Assembly (NCBI GenBank): GCA_900317215.1
Contig: ONFW01000107.1
Coordinates: forward strand, 1-29,953
Direction of reading: 5' to 3'
Source of the DNA: an uncultured Eubacteriales bacterium
GTDB taxonomy: Bacteria > Bacillota > Clostridia > Oscillospirales > Acutalibacteraceae
DNA length: 29,953 bases
Shown here: positions 25,901 through 29,953 of the stretch, piece by piece
Numbering within the stretch: the first letter of the stretch is position 1
Layout: each line of letters starts with the position of its first letter
Made by a program: the position numbers and the translations under genes
The notes under the pieces: generated by a model
What the model was told of the DNA's origin: nothing
The model's input: only the letters and a program-made list of their open reading frames with translations
Databases searched by the model: none

Positions 25901-26435
25901 GCCTGACGATATCGGTAGTTGCCCTGCCCTCAACGGACGGGTTGAATTTTATGGTGTCACCCATTTTATAGCCCGACATTCCCAGAAAATAGCTTTCAAT
26001 AGCACATTCGCCCTCGTTTTTCGGGAGTCTGCCCTGTTTCAGCACAGGCTCGTTGAGCGGGTGCTTGTTCGTCTTTGTTTTTTGGGGAACGGAATAAACC
26101 TTCACAACGGAATCTATATCGTTCTGTGTGATTATCAGGTCTGAGGCATAGGCAGGCATGACCTCATCAACAAATTCAAGATTTTTTATCTCTTCTATAT
26201 CCTCATCATCAAAGCCCACCGTTGACAGCAAGCTCAGATCCATGAGGTGACTGTCCGAAAAATACTTGAGCGCGGTCGCAATCATGCTGATACCCGAGGA
26301 TTTCAAGCCCGAGAAAAAGCCTACGCTTATCCCGATTATCGCAAATATCGCAATAAATCTTGACTTTGTCCTTAATATCTCCCTCAGCGTATTTTTTCTC
26401 AACGCGCTGCTCTTTTTCTCTTTTTTGCCCTTCAA
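22923..26435 (-). CDS. ABC transporter permease, FtsX/MacB-like, two permease halves with a long coiled coil
   Basis: FFSGLK N-terminal TM, a Lys/Glu-rich heptad region of roughly 350 aa, VFPVFFLLIAGLVCFTTMTRMVEEHRTETGTLKALGY, and LYNLININIAERVREIATIKVLGFY...SMVESLKSIE. 1170 aa. TTG start after GGAGG. Confidence 0.93.
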   Translation of the reverse strand: MKGKKEKKSSALRKNTLREILRTKSRFIAIFAIIGISVGFFSGLKSSGISMIATALKYFSDSHLMDLSLLSTVGFDDEDIEEIKNLEFVDEVMPAYASDLIITQNDIDSVVKVYSVPQKTKTNKHPLNEPVLKQGRLPKNEGECAIESYFLGMSGYKMGDTIKFNPSVEGRATTDIVRHTEYKIVGIVDSPLYLTYLRGNTTIGDGTVAFYMMIPPEEFAVERYTAVYVRTNASDGRVYELGDEYKELVDEQKKEIEKLSLKCVGRFEATTLADAQKKLNDARKEYEDKKTEALDEISKGEKKLLDGSREYYEQSGEAQKKLDDGEKELAEGREKLEKGQQDYKTGIEEGKKKLTEAQEQYNDGLAQYNKAKLEYDTQIDEAEKKLQSAQNEFDIQYQIFYSSTKPQAETKLTLLKEATDILLELLEKAEAKLNELRKSEILGEGIKAQISEQKKKIAEYKEKIAEYQQQYEEGKKLLEDGEKQINDAKEKLDAAKAELMSKKAEGALKLNEAKTQLDTAEGQLANGRLEYETALSTGMMELQAAQTQITEGEKKLEEGKKQLVEGGNEALLKIKQGREELAKGRYEAHVQLDDAEKKLSDAEEQLSSLENAKWYVNDRDYNPGYSGLSEDADRVDSISKVFPVFFLLIAGLVCFTTMTRMVEEHRTETGTLKALGYSNTAIAMKYIVYAGTAALLGSIVGGAAGLLTLPYIIVSTYGIMYSIPPTVLTINWASYIISSVTGIVCISLVSLFACFKDLRQTPAALMRPKAPRPGKRILLEYIKPLWNGLSFTSKVTARNLFRYKARFFMTIVGVAGCTALMVAALGLKDSTTDIADRQFNKLTMYDQIYSLSESGTAKDKEYIMSQFHADEDFENTLLANMSWGYISHEGHDNSMSIRFTIGEDQEQFLKMFILRDRVTHEPVPLTDEGIVITERTGEVYGIKEGDYVDITLDEEKYRCRVTGFTENYAGCLGYMTPEYYKKITGSELKYNVILTRLTEDSRELEREIANRYMKSDEIITVTSMVEQINTMMDMMNSLDFVIFVMFFCSGLLAVVVLYNLININIAERVREIATIKVLGFYSLETANFIYRESLVLTILGGLAGLGLGNVFATFIVESIQMDNVMFPKEVSWLSYLIAFIMTIVFSMIVNFMMYFKMNKISMVESLKSIE

Positions 26436-26574
26436 CTTATCCGTTCCCTCCTTTCCTTTTTATTATCCTATACGCACAGCCCTGCGGATCTCACACAGCA
26501 GGGCGTGTAATACAGCCTTCACCGCATATTAGCCACGTCAGATTCTGACATTTCCTGCCGTGCCGGCTCTCCCG

Positions 26575-27282
26575 CTACCATTCGATCTGTTCTATCGGCA
26601 TCGGAGAGGGATTAACTACATTGCTCTCCACTCTGCCGCTCCTCATTCTGATAACACGGTTTGCCATGGGTGTGATAGCCGAGTTATGGGTTATCAGAAC
26701 AACTGTCATTCCGTCCTCACGACACTTTGTCTGCAGAAGCTTAAGTATGCTCTTTCCCGTGTTGTAGTCAAGAGCGCCCGTAGGCTCGTCGCACAGAAGC
26801 AGCTTCGGTTTTTTTGCAAGCGCCCTCGCAATGGATACCCTCTGCTGCTCGCCGCCCGAAAGCTGAGCAGGGAAGTTGTTCTTTCTTTCGGAAAGCCCCA
26901 CGCTGTCGAGAACTGTATCGGAATCAAGGTGGTCGCGGCAGATCTGGGTGGCAAGCTCCACATTCTCCTTGGCGGTAAGATTCGGCACAAGATTATAGAA
27001 CTGGAAAACAAAACCGATATCATATCTTCTGTATGAGGCCAGGTCGTGCTTGTTAAGCCGGCTGATATCCCGGCCGCCTACAAAGATCTTTCCCTCGTCG
27101 CAGGTGTCTATTCCTCCGAGAATATTGAGAACGGTGGTCTTTCCTGCGCCTGATAGTCCTACCACAACTGCAAATTCACCCTCGTCTATTGAAAAGCTTA
27201 CTCCGTCCGCTGCAGTAATGGTCACCTCGCCCATTTTGTAGCGCTTATATACATTTTCAAATTTGACAAAATCCTTCTGCAT
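26575..27282 (-). CDS. ABC transporter ATP-binding protein (LolD/SalX-like)
   Basis: Walker [10 protein letters not shown], signature LSGGEQQRV, Walker [14 protein letters not shown]-loop ITHN. Confidence 0.95.
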   Translation of the reverse strand: MQKDFVKFENVYKRYKMGEVTITAADGVSFSIDEGEFAVVVGLSGAGKTTVLNILGGIDTCDEGKIFVGGRDISRLNKHDLASYRRYDIGFVFQFYNLVPNLTAKENVELATQICRDHLDSDTVLDSVGLSERKNNFPAQLSGGEQQRVSIARALAKKPKLLLCDEPTGALDYNTGKSILKLLQTKCREDGMTVVLITHNSAITPMANRVIRMRSGRVESNVVNPSPMPIEQIEW

Positions 27283-27292
27283 GGCTTTTCCC

Positions 27293-27739
27293 TCATTTGT
27301 TCATGATATCCTCATAGAAGCTGACAGCATCATCAAGCTCCTCACGGGTCGGGTGTCCCTTTGCGGTTCCTCCAAAGAGCTTAGTCGGGCCGAAGGTGTT
27401 GAAGCCTAAACACATATACCCGCCAAGTACATCACATTCCTTGCCGATACAGAGCTTTCTCACTGACTTTTCATAATCCGGCTTTGGTCCGGCGCTCGTG
27501 CTGATGAAAAACACCCTGCTTTTTACCGGGAGATACTTTTTCAGGTATTTCAGCAGCGGCTTTGCAAAGCTTCCTGCATAAATCCCCGATGCTATCCCTA
27601 TAAGCTCATAGCCCTCAAGCTCAGCATCGGGCTGATCTATCACATTTATCAGCTCTACGGGGTATTTTCCTGCTATGGCGTCGAGCACCCTTTTTGTGTT
27701 TCCATGGTGCTTCGAGTAGTATACTATCGCAGCTTTCAT
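27293..27739 (-). CDS. Flavodoxin-like protein
   Basis: IVYYSKHHGNTKRV FMN-binding loop, IGIASGIY, GHPT..ELDDA. Start set at the ATG at 27739 after GAAAGGAGG (the ORF track gives 27760). Confidence 0.85.
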   Translation of the reverse strand: MKAAIVYYSKHHGNTKRVLDAIAGKYPVELINVIDQPDAELEGYELIGIASGIYAGSFAKPLLKYLKKYLPVKSRVFFISTSAGPKPDYEKSVRKLCIGKECDVLGGYMCLGFNTFGPTKLFGGTAKGHPTREELDDAVSFYEDIMNK

Positions 27740-27756
27740 TGTGCTCCTCCTTTCTG

Positions 27757-29451
27757 TCACGACCGCAGCCCGTTTTCATCGAGCCATTTTACAGTGCTTT
27801 CCGCAACCTCCTTCAGAGTCTCCTCATCAAAGGGAGAGCGTAGTCCTGCAGTTTCAACAAGCTCGTCAAAGGTCTGCGTTCCTGCCCTTCTGACAAGCTT
27901 CATATACTGAGTCCATGCTTTTTCGGGGTCAGTCTGCATAAGCTCGCGGAATTCCAGCGCAACGGTCTGTGCCAGACAATAATCTATATAATAGAACGGA
28001 TTTTCGTAAATATGGAGCTGTCTCTGCCAGCCTCTTCCCTCACCGTAGAACGGGGTCCCGTCAAGCCTTATCCACGGCATATAGTCTCCCATAAGCTCCT
28101 TCCACACCTCGTGACGCTGAGACGGAGCAAGCCACGGCTTTTCATATATAATATGCTGAAAATGATCTACCATAGCTCCGTAGGGGATAAAGGTTATTGC
28201 CCCGAAAAGATGATTATATCTGAACTTTGCCGCATCACTGCCGAAAAACTCATCGCTCATTCTCCAACCGAAAAATTCCATTGTCATGGAGTGGATCTCA
28301 CACGCTTCAAGTGTCGGGCTCTGATACTCCGACGGAAAAATATCTCTTGCACACCAGAAAGCAAACGCATGTCCGGCTTCATGGGTCATAACCTCAACGT
28401 CGTCGGCGGTGCCGTTGAAATTCGCAAAAATGAAGGGCACCTTATAATCCGCAAGCTGCGTGCAGTAGCCCCCGCTCGCCTTGCCCTTCTTGCTGAGCAC
28501 GTCAAGCAGCCCGTCCTCAAACATGGTGTCGATGAATTCCGCCGTCTCGTCCGACAAAGAATGATATAGCTGTTTCGCCGTTCTGAGAATATCCTCAGAT
28601 GTTCCCTGAGGCTTCGGATTTCCGTCACGGAAACGCAGAGCCGAATCCGCAAATGTCATCGGATATTCAAGTCCTGTTCTTTTTGCCTGTTCTCTGTAAA
28701 GCCTGTCCGCAACGGGAACGATATATTTCACGACCGCTCTTCTGAATTTTTCAACATCCTCAGGAGTATAGCAGTTTCTGTTCATCTGCAGATAGCCCAG
28801 TCTGACAAAATTATCAAAGCCGAGCTTTTTGCCCTTTTGGTCACGCAGCTTTACAAGGCTGTCAAAGATCTCATCCAGCTTATCGCCGTTTTCACTGTAA
28901 AAGCCTGCCTCGGCAAGCCATGCCCTGCGGCGCAGATCATCGTCGGCGGACTGCTTGAAGGGCGAAAGCTGGGATATAGTATATTTTTTGCCGTCAAGCT
29001 CTATCTGAGCAGAGGCTATCAGCTTCTGATAGGCTGTCTCCAGCTTGTTTGTCTGCTGTGTCTCCGGAATTATCTCCTTTGAAAACGCCTTCAGAAAGAT
29101 CTCGCTGTTGAGGAAGATAAGCCTTCCGTATTTTTTCTCAAGCCCCTCTCTGAATCTGCTGTTTACAAGCAGTCTTGCAAAGCTCTGCTGTATCTCTGTA
29201 AATACAGGGGCAATCTCGTCTGTATATTCAACCTCGTTCTCATAGAACTCGTCCTGTGTATTTATAGAATTTCTGACATAGGCAAGGCTCATCATAGTAT
29301 CGGTATGCGCTATTAGCCTGTCCCATTTTCTGAAGCATTCATCTGCTGCTTCAAGATTTTCAGCATTTTCAAATTCCTTTCTGATACTGTCTGCCGAGCG
29401 TCTGATCTCATCAATATCAGGACGTTCATATTTCATCTCAGAAAATTTCAT
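27757..29451 (-). CDS. M3-family oligoendopeptidase
   Basis: Zinc motif THEAGHAF, KGKASGGYCT, PFIFANFNGT, EIHSMTMEFF, FYYIDY. 564 aa. SD AGGAGG. Confidence 0.93.
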   Translation of the reverse strand: MKFSEMKYERPDIDEIRRSADSIRKEFENAENLEAADECFRKWDRLIAHTDTMMSLAYVRNSINTQDEFYENEVEYTDEIAPVFTEIQQSFARLLVNSRFREGLEKKYGRLIFLNSEIFLKAFSKEIIPETQQTNKLETAYQKLIASAQIELDGKKYTISQLSPFKQSADDDLRRRAWLAEAGFYSENGDKLDEIFDSLVKLRDQKGKKLGFDNFVRLGYLQMNRNCYTPEDVEKFRRAVVKYIVPVADRLYREQAKRTGLEYPMTFADSALRFRDGNPKPQGTSEDILRTAKQLYHSLSDETAEFIDTMFEDGLLDVLSKKGKASGGYCTQLADYKVPFIFANFNGTADDVEVMTHEAGHAFAFWCARDIFPSEYQSPTLEACEIHSMTMEFFGWRMSDEFFGSDAAKFRYNHLFGAITFIPYGAMVDHFQHIIYEKPWLAPSQRHEVWKELMGDYMPWIRLDGTPFYGEGRGWQRQLHIYENPFYYIDYCLAQTVALEFRELMQTDPEKAWTQYMKLVRRAGTQTFDELVETAGLRSPFDEETLKEVAESTVKWLDENGLRS

Positions 29452-29481
29452 ACACAGCCTCCTAACAGTTTATACAAATAC

Positions 29482-29510
29482 ATTTTACAATAATTCTTTT
29501 GAAAAATCAA
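29482..29510 (-). promoter_or_regulatory. Sigma-A promoter of the M3 peptidase operon
   Basis: Minus strand TTGATT-17 nt-TAAAAT. Confidence 0.7.
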
Positions 29511-29572
29511 CACCACTCAGCGCTTAGAATTTACTGCTGCAAAAAGGGATCTCTCAGCGGTCACACACCGGG

Positions 29573-29600
29573 TTGATTATTTCAAAGAATATGGTATAAT
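29573..29600 (+). promoter_or_regulatory. Sigma-A promoter of gltX
   Basis: TTGATT-16 nt-TATAAT with an extended TG. Confidence 0.7.
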
Positions 29601-29642
29601 AGAGAATACAGTTTTTATTTGTACAGGAAAAGGATGATGAAT

Positions 29643-29953
29643 ATGTCAAAAACCGTAAGAACCAGATTTGCGCCAAGTCCGACAGGCTTCATGCACGTCG
29701 GCAACCTCCGTACTGCGCTGTATGAATATCTTATAGCAAAATCTCTCGGAGGCACCTTTGTTCTTAGAATAGAGGATACCGACCAGGAAAGAAAGGTCGA
29801 GGGCGCTGTTGATATCATATACAACACGCTTCGCAGGGCGGGACTTGTGCATGACGAGGGACCCGACATAGGCGGCGAATACGGTCCCTATGTACAGAGC
29901 GAAAGAAAGGATATGTACCTTCCCTATGCACAGGAGCTTGTAAAAATGGGTAA
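29643..29953 (+). CDS. gltX: Glutamate--tRNA ligase, N-terminal part (runs off the right edge)
   Basis: Translated by hand: [55 protein letters not shown]...[22 protein letters not shown] is the HIGH motif. Missing from the ORF track. Confidence 0.95.
   Translation, partial: MSKTVRTRFAPSPTGFMHVGNLRTALYEYLIAKSLGGTFVLRIEDTDQERKVEGAVDIIYNTLRRAGLVHDEGPDIGGEYGPYVQSERKDMYLPYAQELVKMG

Noticed and set aside
29601-29642. T-box leader upstream of gltX
   Set aside because: Only about 40 nt lie between the promoter and the start codon, and there is no T-box sequence.

Overview
Chromosomal segment from a Firmicute (Bacillota), most likely a Ruminococcus-like member of the Oscillospiraceae (inferred from gene content and the SD/sigma-A promoter style). 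No rRNA, tRNA, CRISPR array, transposase or phage gene was seen. Left to right: a large secreted fibro-slime/Ig-like surface protein (minus strand, runs off the left edge, missing from the ORF track); a lipoprotein and a TPM-domain membrane protein; a four-gene minus-strand operon (AddB-like nuclease, AddA-like UvrD helicase-nuclease, MmcQ/YjbR protein, nucleoside phosphorylase); thrH and two small genes; an AT-rich intergenic region with DnaA-box-like repeats and a promoter-plus-terminator unit with no ORF; a GH31 alpha-glucosidase; a flippase-like plus two GT2 operon; a PRTase-fold protein lacking the acidic PRPP-loop residues; a ~175-nt rod-like intergenic structure; an M3 peptidase/flavodoxin/ABC-FtsX operon; and the 5' end of gltX. 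The best leads are the two candidate non-coding RNAs (16337-16457 and 22662-22837), the DnaA-box-like cluster, and the divergent AddAB-like operon. All family assignments are by motif recognition; no database searches were run.
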